Below, piece after piece: positions 18,111 through 28,307 of a stretch of DNA of 64,000 bases. The stretch is from Nannocystis bainbridge (GTDB lineage: Bacteria > Myxococcota_A > Polyangia > Nannocystales > Nannocystaceae). Made by a program: the position numbers and the translations under genes. The DNA lies in the NCBI RefSeq assembly GCF_028368995.1, contig NZ_JAQNDL010000003.1, positions 1,024,001 to 1,088,000 on the forward strand, read 5' to 3'. The notes beneath the pieces are model-generated. The model made no database searches, had not been told where the DNA came from, and saw nothing but the letters and a program-made list of their open reading frames with translations. Position 1 is the stretch's first letter; each line of letters opens with the position of its first letter.

Positions 18111-19343
18111 TCACCGCCGAGCCGGCCAAAGCCGCACCGCCAGCGCCCCGAGCCCCGCCACCGCCCCCAGCCCTGTCACCCCTTGCCAGCCCCACGCTGC
18201 CAGCAGCACCCCGCCGAGCGCCGCCCCGGCCGCCATCCCGAGGAACATCCCTGACAGCAGCACCGCGTTGAGCCGGCTGCGCGCTCCCGGGTCGATGCCG
18301 TACACGATCGTCTGGTGGGCGATCGAAGTCGCTTGCACCCCGAGGTCGAAGCCGAGGGCCCCGAGCGCCAGCAGGATCAGCTGACCTGGCGGTGACAGCA
18401 GCGGGCCTGCCGTCATCGCCACGAACGCGGCCACTGCCACGCCTGCGCCGATACGCGTGACCGGCTCCGGGCCGCGGCGGTCGGCCAGCTTGCCGGCGAT
18501 CGGCGCGGCCAGGGCTCCGGCGGCGCCGGCCAGGCCGAACGCGCCGGCGGCCGTGCTGCCGAGGTGGAACGGCGCTGCGTGCAGCATCACCGCCAGGGTC
18601 GACCAGAACGCGCTGAAGCCGACGCACAGCAGCCCCTGGGCCAGGGTCGCGCGCCGCAGCGCCGGGTGGCGGCGCCACAGCGCGGCCAGCGAGCCGAGCA
18701 AGCGACCGTAGCCGAGGCGGGTCGTCGGCGCCGACGCGGGCAGCCGGGCCCACACCGTCACGCCGATCGCGGCGACGCTGGCGGCCGCGGCCACGAACAT
18801 CGCCCGCCAGTGGAAATGCTCGGCGACGAAGCCGCTGACCACCCGCGACAGCAGGATGCCGAGCAGCAGCCCCGTCATCACCGTGCCGACGACCTTGCCG
18901 CGGCGGGCCTCGGGCGCCAGCGAGGCCGCCGCGGGCACGATGTCCTGCGCCATCGTGGCGGCGACGCCGATGGCCAGGCCGGCGACCTGCAGCACGCCGA
19001 TCGTCGGCGCCCCGGCGGCCACCAGCAGCGCCGCGGCCAGGGCCGAGGTCTTGCCGAGGATGAGGTGGCGGCGGTCGAACCGGTCGCCCAGCGGCGCCAG
19101 CAGCAGCAGGCCCAGCGCGTAGCCGAGCTGCGTCAGCGTCGGCACCAGCGCCAGCGCGCCCGGCGAGGCGCCCATATCGGCGCCCAGCGAGCCGAGGATC
19201 GGCTGGCTGTAGTACAGCGAGGCCACGCTCAGGCCCGCCCCCGCCGCCAGCAGCCCGGTCAGCGCGGGCGTCAGCGCCGGCGCAGCCCGCTCCGGGGCGG
19301 CCCGGGCGGGCAGGATGGCATTCGTTTCTTGCATGGTCGTCAT
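18111..19343 (-). CDS. MFS transporter
   Basis: SLYYSQPIL, PLGDRFDRR (motif A), about 12 hydrophobic segments. Confidence 0.92.
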   Translation of the reverse strand: MTTMQETNAILPARAAPERAAPALTPALTGLLAAGAGLSVASLYYSQPILGSLGADMGASPGALALVPTLTQLGYALGLLLLAPLGDRFDRRHLILGKTSALAAALLVAAGAPTIGVLQVAGLAIGVAATMAQDIVPAAASLAPEARRGKVVGTVMTGLLLGILLSRVVSGFVAEHFHWRAMFVAAAASVAAIGVTVWARLPASAPTTRLGYGRLLGSLAALWRRHPALRRATLAQGLLCVGFSAFWSTLAVMLHAAPFHLGSTAAGAFGLAGAAGALAAPIAGKLADRRGPEPVTRIGAGVAVAAFVAMTAGPLLSPPGQLILLALGALGFDLGVQATSIAHQTIVYGIDPGARSRLNAVLLSGMFLGMAAGAALGGVLLAAWGWQGVTGLGAVAGLGALAVRLWPARR

Positions 19344-19408
19344 GGCGGGTGGACCTCGTTCCCGAGGGCGAGCCGCAGTGTGCAAGCCCGAGCCCGGCGG
19401 TGGTAGGC

Positions 19409-20386
19409 ATGACGGCCGCACATCGGTTATACGCTCGGCGTATGACCGCCTCGGAGGCCCAGACCGGCGACCGCCTGCAGCTCATGGAGACCTTCGTGCG
19501 GATCGTCGAGGCGGGCAGCCTGTCGGCCGCCGCGGCTCAGCTGCGGACCACCCAGCCGACGGTCAGCCGCCGCCTCAAGCTGCTCGAGCGCTCGCTCGGT
19601 GTGCGCCTGCTGCAGCGCACCACCCACGTGATGCGCCTGACCGTCGACGGCGAGCGCTGCTTTCAGCGCGCCAAGGAGCTGCTGGCCAGCTGGGCCGCGT
19701 TCGAGGCCGACCTGCGCGGCGCGCAGGAGGAGCCGGAGGGCACGCTGCGGGTCGCCATGCCCCACGCCTTCGGCCAGGACCGGTTCGTCGCGCCGATGGC
19801 CGCGTTCCTGCGCGAGCACCCGCGCGTCGCGGTCGAGTGGCTGCTGCGCGACGAGGTGCGGGACTTCATCGCCGCCGGCATCGATTGCGCGATCCAGGTC
19901 GGCGAGCCGGCCGACCCCGCGGTCATCGCCGTCAAGCTGTCGGAGGTGCCGCGCATCGTCGTCGCCGCGCCGTCGCTGATCGCCGCCGCCGGCGCCCCGC
20001 CGGAGGACCCGGACGACCTGGCGGCCCTGCCGTGGCTGGCGCTGCGCACGTTCTATCTCAGCGAGGTGGCCCTGACGCACGCGCGCACCGGCGAGACGCG
20101 GCGCCTGCGGATCCGTCCGCGCTTCAGCACCGACAGCCTGTTCGCCCTGCGCAGCGCGGCGCTCGAGGGCCTCGGCGTGTGCGTCGGCTCGGCGTGGCTG
20201 CTGACGCAGGACCTGGCGCAGGGCCGCCTGCTGCACGTGGCCCCGCGCTGGCAGGCGCCGCCGCTGCCGGTGTACCTGACGTACCCGCAGGCCCGCTTCT
20301 ACCCGTCGCGGCTGCTGCGCTTCGTGGCGACGATGCGCGCGGCGGTGCCCGAGCTGCTGGCCGACGATCGCCGCCGAGCGCGCTGA
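19409..20386 (+). CDS. LysR-family transcriptional regulator (start uncertain: 19409 or 19442)
   Basis: FVRIVEAGSLSAAAAQL..TQPTVSRRLKLLERSLGVRLLQRTT HTH. Divergent from the MFS gene. Confidence 0.93.
   Translation: MTAAHRLYARRMTASEAQTGDRLQLMETFVRIVEAGSLSAAAAQLRTTQPTVSRRLKLLERSLGVRLLQRTTHVMRLTVDGERCFQRAKELLASWAAFEADLRGAQEEPEGTLRVAMPHAFGQDRFVAPMAAFLREHPRVAVEWLLRDEVRDFIAAGIDCAIQVGEPADPAVIAVKLSEVPRIVVAAPSLIAAAGAPPEDPDDLAALPWLALRTFYLSEVALTHARTGETRRLRIRPRFSTDSLFALRSAALEGLGVCVGSAWLLTQDLAQGRLLHVAPRWQAPPLPVYLTYPQARFYPSRLLRFVATMRAAVPELLADDRRRAR
19425..19447. promoter_or_regulatory. Palindromic LysR-type box (T-N11-A)
   Basis: GGTTATACGC-TCG-GCGTATGACC, 9/10 arm match. Confidence 0.6.
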
Positions 20387-20451
20387 CACGACGACGCATT
20401 CGCTACGGCCAAGCCAGTCTCTCGAGCTCGGCCTCTCCCGAGCCGCGGCCT

Positions 20452-20823
20452 CTACATCTTCACCACCGCGCTTCGGCGCATCCATCCGATGCCATCTTCC
20501 GCGCTGGCGGTCGTGACCGCCAAATATTCATGCGATCCGTCGTAGTACGTCCAGTCACACCAATCGCCGACGATGTCGCCAGCATTCTTGGTCTTCAGCA
20601 GGTTCCAACCAGGCTTTTCGTACACACCAGCCGTCGGCCAGAGGACCTTGTAGTGACAGTTTGCCGCGGCGGGGCGAGGATTGGCGCTCAACTCGTCCGG
20701 ACCGACGGCGTCCGCATCGGCATCCTGCGCCATCTCTCCCTCCGAGACTTCGAAAAGCTCCTCGTCATCCGGACTATCGCAGGCGATGAAGAATGCAGAC
20801 AAGACAAAGAAGAGGTTTCGCAT
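20452..20823 (-). CDS. Small lipoprotein, possible SH3-like C-terminal domain
   Basis: MRNLFFVLSAFFIAC signal, acidic linker, C-terminus ending GWMRRSAV. GGAG upstream. Confidence 0.7.
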   Translation of the reverse strand: MRNLFFVLSAFFIACDSPDDEELFEVSEGEMAQDADADAVGPDELSANPRPAAANCHYKVLWPTAGVYEKPGWNLLKTKNAGDIVGDWCDWTYYDGSHEYLAVTTASAEDGIGWMRRSAVVKM

Positions 20824-21341
20824 CTTTTCTTCTCCCTGAACGAAGCATGCTTCAATCCCTCGCTGGTGCAAGAGAACAATCGACATAACCTAGTTTTTAT
20901 GCAAGAGACACCTACTTCGTCACGTAACGCTGCGGCGCCGAAGCGCGCTCAAGCCAGACGATATGCAAGAGTCCGCTCGCTTGCCGCGCACCTCGTTTAT
21001 GGACACTACGCGAAGGGAGCTCTATCCATATTGAATAGATCCGTCCAGCCATACGCCGAGCGTCATCAACGCGCAATCACTCCCGTCGAGATCTTTATCA
21101 TGATGCATCTCGCGATACCGACTCGACGTGCCGGACGCATACCGACGAGGGCTGGTTCAGGACAACTGCGATACGAGCTGCTCACGGGCTGCCGTCGACG
21201 CCGGGCGTCGCCGTCGACTCGCCTTCCGTGCCATGGCCGGCGTGATGCCCTCGGCGGCGCTCTCCCGCAGCCTCGAACTCTGACCAACTGGCTGCCGCCC
21301 CTTGCTCGCGGCCGGGCGAGCGTTCACCCTCTTCGAACCGC

Positions 21342-24300
21342 ATGCCGCAGCGACGGGGCTCGAATCCACGCATGGCCGGCCTCACGGCCCTGGGCGCGCT
21401 CCTGGGGCCTCTGCTGGCCTGCGGCGACGGGGGTCCATGCGGCCCGCTGGCGCCGCTGTGCGACGACCCGGGGCGCACCCGGAGCGTGGCCGTGCGGGTC
21501 CAGGACGCGGTGATGCTCGACTTCGACGGCGACGGCAAGGACGAGGCCGTGGTGCTGTCGCGCGACAACCGGCAGCTCACGCTCGGGTACGCCGACGACT
21601 GGCGCTCCTCGATCTACCTCGACAGCGACCCGGTCGGGATCGAGGCGCTGCCCGGCGAGGTCGCGGTGGCGCTGGCCGAGCCGGCACGACGGATCGAGGT
21701 CTTCGCGGTCGACGCAGAGGGCCGGCTCGACCGGCGACGGACCCTCCCGTTGCGCTCCGCTCCGATGGCGCTGCGCGCCGCCGACCTCGCCGGCGACGGC
21801 GCGCCGGAGCTGATCGCCAGCCTGTCCGGGGCGAGCCAGCTCGCGGTCGTCGATCCGGTGACCGGGGCCACGCAGCACTACGCGGCGGGCAGCGGCGCGT
21901 CGGAGCTGGCGATCGGCGACGTCGACGGCGATGCGCGCCTCGACGTGGTCGTGGTCGACGCCTTCGCCGGCGCGCTGCAGGTCCTCCGCGGCACCGGCGA
22001 CGGGCGGCTGCTGCAGGCCGAGCCGAGCCCGTCGTCGCCGGGCACGCGGTGGCTCGAGCTCGCCGATCACGACGGCGACGGCGACCTCGACGCCGTCGCG
22101 CGCGACGAGGCCACCAGCGTGCTGGTCCATCACAACGAGGGCGGCCGGTTCTCGAGCCCCGTCGCGCTGCCGATCGCCGGCGAAGCGCCCACGGGCGCCG
22201 GCCTGGCCGTCGGCCCACCGGCGAAGAACGGCCTGGTCGGGGTCGTCGTGCCGGCAGGGTTGCAGCTGCGGACCTTGTTCGGCAAGGGCGCGGCGTTCCT
22301 CGGGAACTCCGAGCGGTGGCTGCGCGAGCCCTCCGAGTGGGTCGGCACCGATCGCTCGGGCTCCGTGTTGGTCGGCGGGAACCCTTCCCTGACGCGCTTC
22401 ACCTGGGGATCGAGCGCGTCCGCCATCCAGACCTGGCGCGGGGAGCAGGTGGGTGAGTGGATCGGCTCCGGCACGGTGGCGACGGGCCACCTCGACGGCG
22501 ATCACCTGATCGACGTCGCGGTCACCATCGGCGATAGCCTCCACCTGCTCCGCGGCCGCGCCGACCTCGAGCTCGAGCGAATAGCCCAGTTCGAGCTCGA
22601 AGCGTACGCGACCTCGGTGGTGATCGCCGACGTGACCGGCGACGGCCAGCCCGAGGTCATCGTCGGCGACGATGTCCGTGCGCAGGCGTTTTTTCGCGGC
22701 GACGACGGCCAGTTCGTCGCCGGGCCCGGCGTCGCGCCGAGCGTCGCGCCGCTGACGCTGGTGTCGCTCCGGACCGGTCCGGGCCAGCCGCGCGTGATCG
22801 CGGCCATCCCCGATCGAGAGTACGACCTGAGTCAGACGCCCGGAGCTTCGCTGCTGCGCTTCGCCGAAGACGGCGCCGTCACCGTGGTCGAGTTTGCCGA
22901 CGGCCTGTACGTCGACAAACTGATCGCGGTCGACTTCGACGAGGACGGCGTCGACGAGCCGCTGATCCTCGGGCGGCGCGACGAGACCCGGGTGCTCACG
23001 CGCATGACGCCCGCGGGCGACGGCTTCGCGCCCGGCGTCGAGCACGACCTGGCGGCGCTGTCCGGGGTCGCTCTGGAGATCGATGACTTCGCTCAACTCG
23101 CCGCGGCCGACGTCGACGGCGACGGCGACGGCGAGATGTTCGTCGACGCCCCCGGGGGTCACCTCCGCATCGAAGGGATCGCCGACGACGCGCCCCAGGC
23201 GACGCTCGCAAATCAGCTGAGCCCGACGACCGTGCGCGACGTCGACGGCGACGGGCTGCTCGACCTGGTGTACCTCCTCGGGGACAACTTCTTCTACCAT
23301 TCCGGTCTCGGCGGCGGCACGTTTGCGACCGAGCGGCGCGGTCACCGGATGATGGCGACCAAGGCGATGACCTTCGCGGACGACCCGGCAAGCCAGTTCG
23401 ACATCGTCGCTGTGGGGCATGGCATATCCACGCACCTCACCCGCGACACGATGAGCCTCGTCGGCGCGAGCGGCAGCTTCGAGTTCCACGGGGACGTGTC
23501 CCGGTTCATCCGCGCCGACCTCGACCTCGACGGTATCGACGATCTCGTGACCCTGGGCGCGAGCGGCGGCGCCGCGGCGCTGTGGGGCAGCGAGACCGAC
23601 CCACTGGGGCGCGGCGAGGGCATCGCCACCGACGCGACGGCCTTCGGCGACCTCGACGGCGATGGCCGCCCCGAGCTGCTGTCGGGCGAATGGGGCGTCC
23701 TGTTCGCGTACCGCGGATTCCCTGGCCGCCAGGAGCCCGAGGTGGTGTTCGAGGTGTTCCAGCGGCCCGTGCGTCTGGAGGTCGCGGACATCGACGCCGA
23801 CACGCGGCCCGACCTCGTCGCCCTGCGGTACGAGGACGACGATCGCCTCGCGCTCGCCGTGGCCCATGGCACCGCCGTGCCGCTGCGGTTCGACCCGTGG
23901 CAGACGATCGCCACGGTGTCGGAGTATCAGTTCGCGTCCCTGCAGCTCGGCGACGTCGACCGCGACGGCGACCTCGACATCCTCGTCGATCCCGAAGAGG
24001 CGCCCAGCGTGCTCGTGCGCGGGCTCGGCGGCCGCGCGTGGGCCGAGCCCGAGGCGCTGCCGGGCGAGCGCACCCTGTTCAGCCGCGCCGACGCGCGCGG
24101 CCGCGTCGATCTGCTGACGCAGGAGGGGCCGACGATCCATCGCCACGTCGACGGCGACCCCGCTCATCGCAGCCCGCTCGTCACAATCGACGAGGCGGCC
24201 TTGTTGACCGCGGCCGATGCCGACGGCGACGGGCGCTACGACCTCGCGGTCGCCGACGGCAAGCAATTGTTCGTGTGGCTGCTCGGCGACGGCGATCCCC

Positions 24301-24458
24301 GGCGCGTGCAGATCCCGCTCGAAGCTCCGCTCGCCGCGATCGCCGTCGATTTCCCCGACATCGACGGCGACGGCCGCCCCGACCTCGTCGCGCTCGGCAA
24401 ATTCGGCGGCCTGCTGGTCCGCTGCTCTCGCGCCCACGCCCCGGACCCCGCGCCGTAG
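21342..24458 (+). CDS. FG-GAP/VCBS-repeat lipoprotein
   Basis: Lipobox LLAC and many DxDGDGxxD repeats. Confidence 0.9.
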   Translation: MPQRRGSNPRMAGLTALGALLGPLLACGDGGPCGPLAPLCDDPGRTRSVAVRVQDAVMLDFDGDGKDEAVVLSRDNRQLTLGYADDWRSSIYLDSDPVGIEALPGEVAVALAEPARRIEVFAVDAEGRLDRRRTLPLRSAPMALRAADLAGDGAPELIASLSGASQLAVVDPVTGATQHYAAGSGASELAIGDVDGDARLDVVVVDAFAGALQVLRGTGDGRLLQAEPSPSSPGTRWLELADHDGDGDLDAVARDEATSVLVHHNEGGRFSSPVALPIAGEAPTGAGLAVGPPAKNGLVGVVVPAGLQLRTLFGKGAAFLGNSERWLREPSEWVGTDRSGSVLVGGNPSLTRFTWGSSASAIQTWRGEQVGEWIGSGTVATGHLDGDHLIDVAVTIGDSLHLLRGRADLELERIAQFELEAYATSVVIADVTGDGQPEVIVGDDVRAQAFFRGDDGQFVAGPGVAPSVAPLTLVSLRTGPGQPRVIAAIPDREYDLSQTPGASLLRFAEDGAVTVVEFADGLYVDKLIAVDFDEDGVDEPLILGRRDETRVLTRMTPAGDGFAPGVEHDLAALSGVALEIDDFAQLAAADVDGDGDGEMFVDAPGGHLRIEGIADDAPQATLANQLSPTTVRDVDGDGLLDLVYLLGDNFFYHSGLGGGTFATERRGHRMMATKAMTFADDPASQFDIVAVGHGISTHLTRDTMSLVGASGSFEFHGDVSRFIRADLDLDGIDDLVTLGASGGAAALWGSETDPLGRGEGIATDATAFGDLDGDGRPELLSGEWGVLFAYRGFPGRQEPEVVFEVFQRPVRLEVADIDADTRPDLVALRYEDDDRLALAVAHGTAVPLRFDPWQTIATVSEYQFASLQLGDVDRDGDLDILVDPEEAPSVLVRGLGGRAWAEPEALPGERTLFSRADARGRVDLLTQEGPTIHRHVDGDPAHRSPLVTIDEAALLTAADADGDGRYDLAVADGKQLFVWLLGDGDPRRVQIPLEAPLAAIAVDFPDIDGDGRPDLVALGKFGGLLVRCSRAHAPDPAP

Positions 24459-24604
24459 CCTTCGCCTCCGCCGCGCCGGGTCACCATCGCCACTTCGGCG
24501 CGACGGCCGATCACTGAAGCGCCACGACGGCGCCCCGCACCGAGGCGACCGAGTCTCCGGTGCGACGAACGAGCCGCCCGCACGCTCGCCAGCGCCCACC
24601 CCAT

Positions 24605-24652
24605 AATTTTACCCGGGGGATATTGACCCTTCAATAACACCCGGGTATTATT
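24605..24652 (+). promoter_or_regulatory. Sigma70-type promoter with two CCCGGG-centred palindromic operators
   Basis: TTGACC (24623-28), 17 nt, TATTAT (24646-51). Palindromes AATTTTACCCGGGGGATATT (24605-24) and AATAACACCCGGGTATTATT (24633-52). Confidence 0.8.
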
Positions 24653-24658
24653 CCCGCC

Positions 24659-25201
24659 GTGCACGCCCCGCGCAGCTACACCGCCTTTGCCGGCGCTCGC
24701 CGGATCGCCTCCGGCAGCGCGCGGGAGGTCCTCCAGCGGCTCGGCGAGCTCGCCTGCGCCGGGCCCGTCCTCGTCTTCGACGACGCCACCGGGGCCCAGG
24801 TCGAGCTCGACCCGCGGCTCGCCGCTGACGACCCGCCCGCCCGCGCGGGCCCTGGTCGCCCGAAGCTCGGCGTCGTCTCGCGCGAGGTCTCGCTGCTCCC
24901 GCGGCACTGGGAGTGGCTCGAGCAGCAGCCGAGCGGCATCTCGGCCGCCCTGCGCCGGCTCGTCGAGGAGGCCATCCGGCGCGCCCCGGACGCGGAGCGG
25001 GCTCGCCTCGCGCGGGAGGCCGCGCACCGGGTCATGACCGCGCTCGCCGGCGACCTGCCCGGCTACGAGGAGGCCGCGCGGGCCCTGTTCGCGCGCGACG
25101 CCGGGCGCTTCGCCCAGACGACTCGCCGCTGGCCGGCCGACATCCGCGACCACCTCGCTCACATGCTGGGGCACGCCTTTCCGCCCGGAGACGACCCATG
25201 A
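24659..25201 (+). CDS. DUF2239-family protein
   Basis: YTAF.G.RRIASG, VFDDATG, GRPKLGVVSREVSLLPRHWEWL, AGDLPGYEEA. Confidence 0.9.
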   Translation: MHAPRSYTAFAGARRIASGSAREVLQRLGELACAGPVLVFDDATGAQVELDPRLAADDPPARAGPGRPKLGVVSREVSLLPRHWEWLEQQPSGISAALRRLVEEAIRRAPDAERARLAREAAHRVMTALAGDLPGYEEAARALFARDAGRFAQTTRRWPADIRDHLAHMLGHAFPPGDDP

Positions 25202-25578
25202 CCTCGCACCTCACCACCCGCGCCGAGCACAAGCGACAGTACCGCGAGCAGCCGCGGCAGGCCGGCATCTACCTCATTCGCAACACCGTCAGCGATCGCG
25301 TGCTGCTCGGCAGCAGCATGAATTTGCACGGCCCGCTCAACCGCCACCGCTTCCTGCTCTCGATCGGCGGCCACCCCAACCGCGCCCTGCAGGACGACTG
25401 GCGCCGCCTCGGCCCGGACGCCTTCGAGTTCACGATCGCCGAGGTCGTCGCGCCGCAGGACGCAGAGGCCGGCCCGCACGAGGACGAGCTCGCGTTCCTG
25501 GAGGACCTGTGGCTCGAGCGCACGGCGCCGCTCGGCGAACGCAGCTACAACCTGCACCCGCGGATCCGCGACACCTGA
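25198..25578 (+). CDS. GIY-YIG nuclease-family protein
   Basis: AGIYLIRN...LLGSS...LNRHRF.L..G.HPNRALQDDW...F.F. ATGA overlap with DUF2239. Confidence 0.85.
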   Translation: MTSHLTTRAEHKRQYREQPRQAGIYLIRNTVSDRVLLGSSMNLHGPLNRHRFLLSIGGHPNRALQDDWRRLGPDAFEFTIAEVVAPQDAEAGPHEDELAFLEDLWLERTAPLGERSYNLHPRIRDT

Positions 25579-25592
25579 GCGGGTCATCGACA

Positions 25593-25606
25593 TGTCCAAA
25601 AGGACA
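25593..25606. repeat. Perfect 14-bp palindrome TGTCCAAAAGGACA
   Basis: Between convergent genes, CA/TG flanks. Confidence 0.8.
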
Positions 25607-25677
25607 TGGTTGATGATTGACCCGATGCGCCGCGAACGCCGCGAGCGGCTCGCCGCGCGCCGGCTCGGGGCCCAGGT

Positions 25678-26169
25678 TCAGCGCCAGCGCAGCGTGATGA
25701 CCCTGCGCGCTCCGTCGTCGAGGCTCACCAGCTCGCTGGGCTCCGGCCCTTCGTCGTCGGGCATCCCGATCCGGCCCGCATAGGCGTGGACGTGCGCGAT
25801 TTTCGGCCAATGCGCGCGGAGCTGCTCGACGAGCAACCGCTCGATGAGTTCGAGGTCGGGCGTCGTGTCGGCCCCGAACCAGTCGACCCGCCCGAGCGGG
25901 TAGCTGTCGCGCGGATCGAGGAGCGTCCGGCCCGCGAGCAACACCAGGCCGTCGAGCGAGCACTCGTCGTAGTCGTATCCGTGCGCGTCATATGTGAAGA
26001 GCTCGACCGGGAAGCGCTCGAAGGCCCGCTCTGCCTCCACGTTGAACACGGCGAGCGCGACCTCCGGGAGATCACGGAGCGCCCCGGCGATGTTGAGGAG
26101 CTCCGCCTGCAACGCGGGTGACACGGCGGCGAGTGCCGCGCGAACCGACCGCTCGTCGACGCAACGCAT
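25678..26169 (-). CDS. Hypothetical protein
   Basis: 163-aa ORF with globular-protein composition. No family recognised. Confidence 0.6.
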   Translation of the reverse strand: MRCVDERSVRAALAAVSPALQAELLNIAGALRDLPEVALAVFNVEAERAFERFPVELFTYDAHGYDYDECSLDGLVLLAGRTLLDPRDSYPLGRVDWFGADTTPDLELIERLLVEQLRAHWPKIAHVHAYAGRIGMPDDEGPEPSELVSLDDGARRVITLRWR

Positions 26170-26357
26170 GGCCCGACTATAGGGCCGCTCCAGGGCAGGC
26201 GACCAGCGCGCGGACCCGAAGTTCGTCGGGGCTCACGCGGTACGGACGCCTGCTCGAGGGCCGAGCGCCCAATTCTTCGCCACGGCTCTACCCGCTCGGC
26301 GAGGCGGCCGGCTCGAGAAGCGCGTACCGGCTCGTTCGGAAACTACCGGCTCGCGTA

Positions 26358-27320
26358 TCACATCGCTTCAAAAAGATCCTCGTCGAGGTGCACGATCTTG
26401 AACGGCAGGATCGGCGCCTGATTGGTATAGAGCACGCGATAGACCTCGCTGTCGACCATGTAGAGCTGGCCCTCGGCCACCGTCGCGCTCGTCAGGCCTG
26501 TCGGCACCGAAGTCGTCGTGCGGACCGTCGCCTGGGTGTGGTCATTGCCTGAGAACGACAATTGCTGCACCCCGCCGTCGTAGATCACGTACAGCTTCGA
26601 CCCGAGGAATTCGAGCCCGTCCGGGCCGGGGAATCGCGGGTCGCCCGGGACCGAGAACAGGTCGCCGGAGAACGTCACTGCGTCGATCTCGGTCGGGTCG
26701 GACAGCGACACCCGGAAGAGCGCCGGCGGCATCGAGGTCACCACCATCAGGTCCTCGCCGCCGGGGGCGATGTCGAGGCCGTTGAGGCCCATCGCGCCGG
26801 GCGCCTGGGGGGCGAATTGCGGGCTGGTGGCGAACACCTCGGCCGTGTCGTCCTCGCCGATCCGGTAGATGTTCGGCAGCGCCGAATCGGTGGCGTACAC
26901 CGTGCCCGCGGCGTCGGTCGTCAAATCATTGCAGAACGACGGCTCGCCGAGGTCGATGGTCCGCGCGATGGTCCCGGCGTCGATGTCGAACGCGAGCACC
27001 TTCGAGTTCGGGACCGGGTCGGTCTTGACATCGACCTGACAGACCCACAAGAGGCGGCGTTCCGCGTCCACGTGCGCCCCGCTGAACGACACCAGCGGGT
27101 CGGGGGAGGCGTAGAACACCTGCTCGGGGCCCAGCGCGGTGATCCGCGTGATTTCGCCCCCATTGATGGCAGTGGCGAAGAACGAGAACGTCTCCTCGTC
27201 GTAGGCGATGCCCTCGGGCAACGAGGTCTTGCTCGCCAGCTTGTACTGCTCGGGCAGGGGCAGGTCACAGGCGAGGACGGGGAGCGCGGCGGCGATGGAC
27301 AGCAGGATGGGGTGCTTCAT
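26358..27320 (-). CDS. SMP-30/gluconolactonase-like beta-propeller lipoprotein
   Basis: Lipobox LAC. PEGIAYD, FCNDLTTD, YATDS, GLNGL and GPDGL motifs. Confidence 0.85.
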   Translation of the reverse strand: MKHPILLSIAAALPVLACDLPLPEQYKLASKTSLPEGIAYDEETFSFFATAINGGEITRITALGPEQVFYASPDPLVSFSGAHVDAERRLLWVCQVDVKTDPVPNSKVLAFDIDAGTIARTIDLGEPSFCNDLTTDAAGTVYATDSALPNIYRIGEDDTAEVFATSPQFAPQAPGAMGLNGLDIAPGGEDLMVVTSMPPALFRVSLSDPTEIDAVTFSGDLFSVPGDPRFPGPDGLEFLGSKLYVIYDGGVQQLSFSGNDHTQATVRTTTSVPTGLTSATVAEGQLYMVDSEVYRVLYTNQAPILPFKIVHLDEDLFEAM

Positions 27321-28307
27321 GGCGACCTTTCGTCGTCGGCGGTGAGATAACCAGCTGTTTGTGATCTGAAGGAGAGAACGGATCACAGGCCGAGACTACC
27401 CGGGTCCGCGCGGTACATCACGCGAACCACCCGCTGCATTGGCCCTCTGCAGCGGGCTGCCCGTGATGCCGAACGGCGTCCGCGAACCCGTCTTCGGGGC
27501 AGCGGATCGCGGGCCCGTCACGCGCACGCAACATGCGGTTCGTCGTTTGCGGCGGGTCCTTCGCGTCGATTCGCGGTCGAGGCTGGTGCCGACGACATCC
27601 GGGTACCGTGATCGGCGACCCGATGACCGGCAACTGGGTCGGCCAGCACCCGCGCCCGGCCGCCGTCCGCCCCCGTGGCCCCGCGAGCACCACCTTTTGA
27701 CCGGGCCATTCGCAGCCTCGCGGCGATCGCCGATGTTCCTCTCGGCGGCGGGGTCCTCGGGCGACTCGGGGCGGGTCCCGATCGCGGCAGCGCTGCGCGT
27801 CCGCTTTTGTCTCGCAAAGCGCTCGCGCCTCGCCGTCATGGATCGCTTGCGTCGTACGCGCGCAACGGCGAATCGCCGCGACCTCGCCACGCCTACATCG
27901 CGATCCATGTCGTCCTTCGCCCTCGGTCGCGGCCGGCGATCGAGCTCAAAAAATCTGCGGACCCCTGAGCAGCACCGGCGCCGGCGGGGCGCTCGACGAC
28001 GTGGCGATCACCGGCGTGACCTCCTACCGCTCGGCGCTCCGAGCGGACGCGAAGCGCTGCATCCTCCGCAGCATCGCGGGCTCGCCTCGCGTTCAGCCTA
28101 GATCTCGGACCCGCGCGTGGTCCCAGCCAGGGACATGCGCGGGTCTACCTGTCGCGACCCCGAGCAGGACGCGGCTGTGAAGCTCGGCCGCCGGCCCGAA
28201 CCGCGCGCGACGGCGCGGGCCGGTCATCGATGGCGCACAGCTGGGCGTGGAGGCGGCTCCGCATGCGGGCGAGCCTCGCAGGAGGCGGCTCCGAGCGCAA
28301 CCGCGCG

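Noticed and set aside
21324-24599. Very long antisense and alternate-frame ORFs (also 31146..34997, 42430..46014, 53400..56180, 57853..61155)
   Set aside because: Shadows of real genes caused by high GC3. They are Arg/Ala/Gly-rich with no motifs.
27330-28300. About 1 kb gap with several overlapping ORFs
   Set aside because: No ORF shows clear codon bias or motifs, and I see no structured RNA or repeat. Left unannotated.
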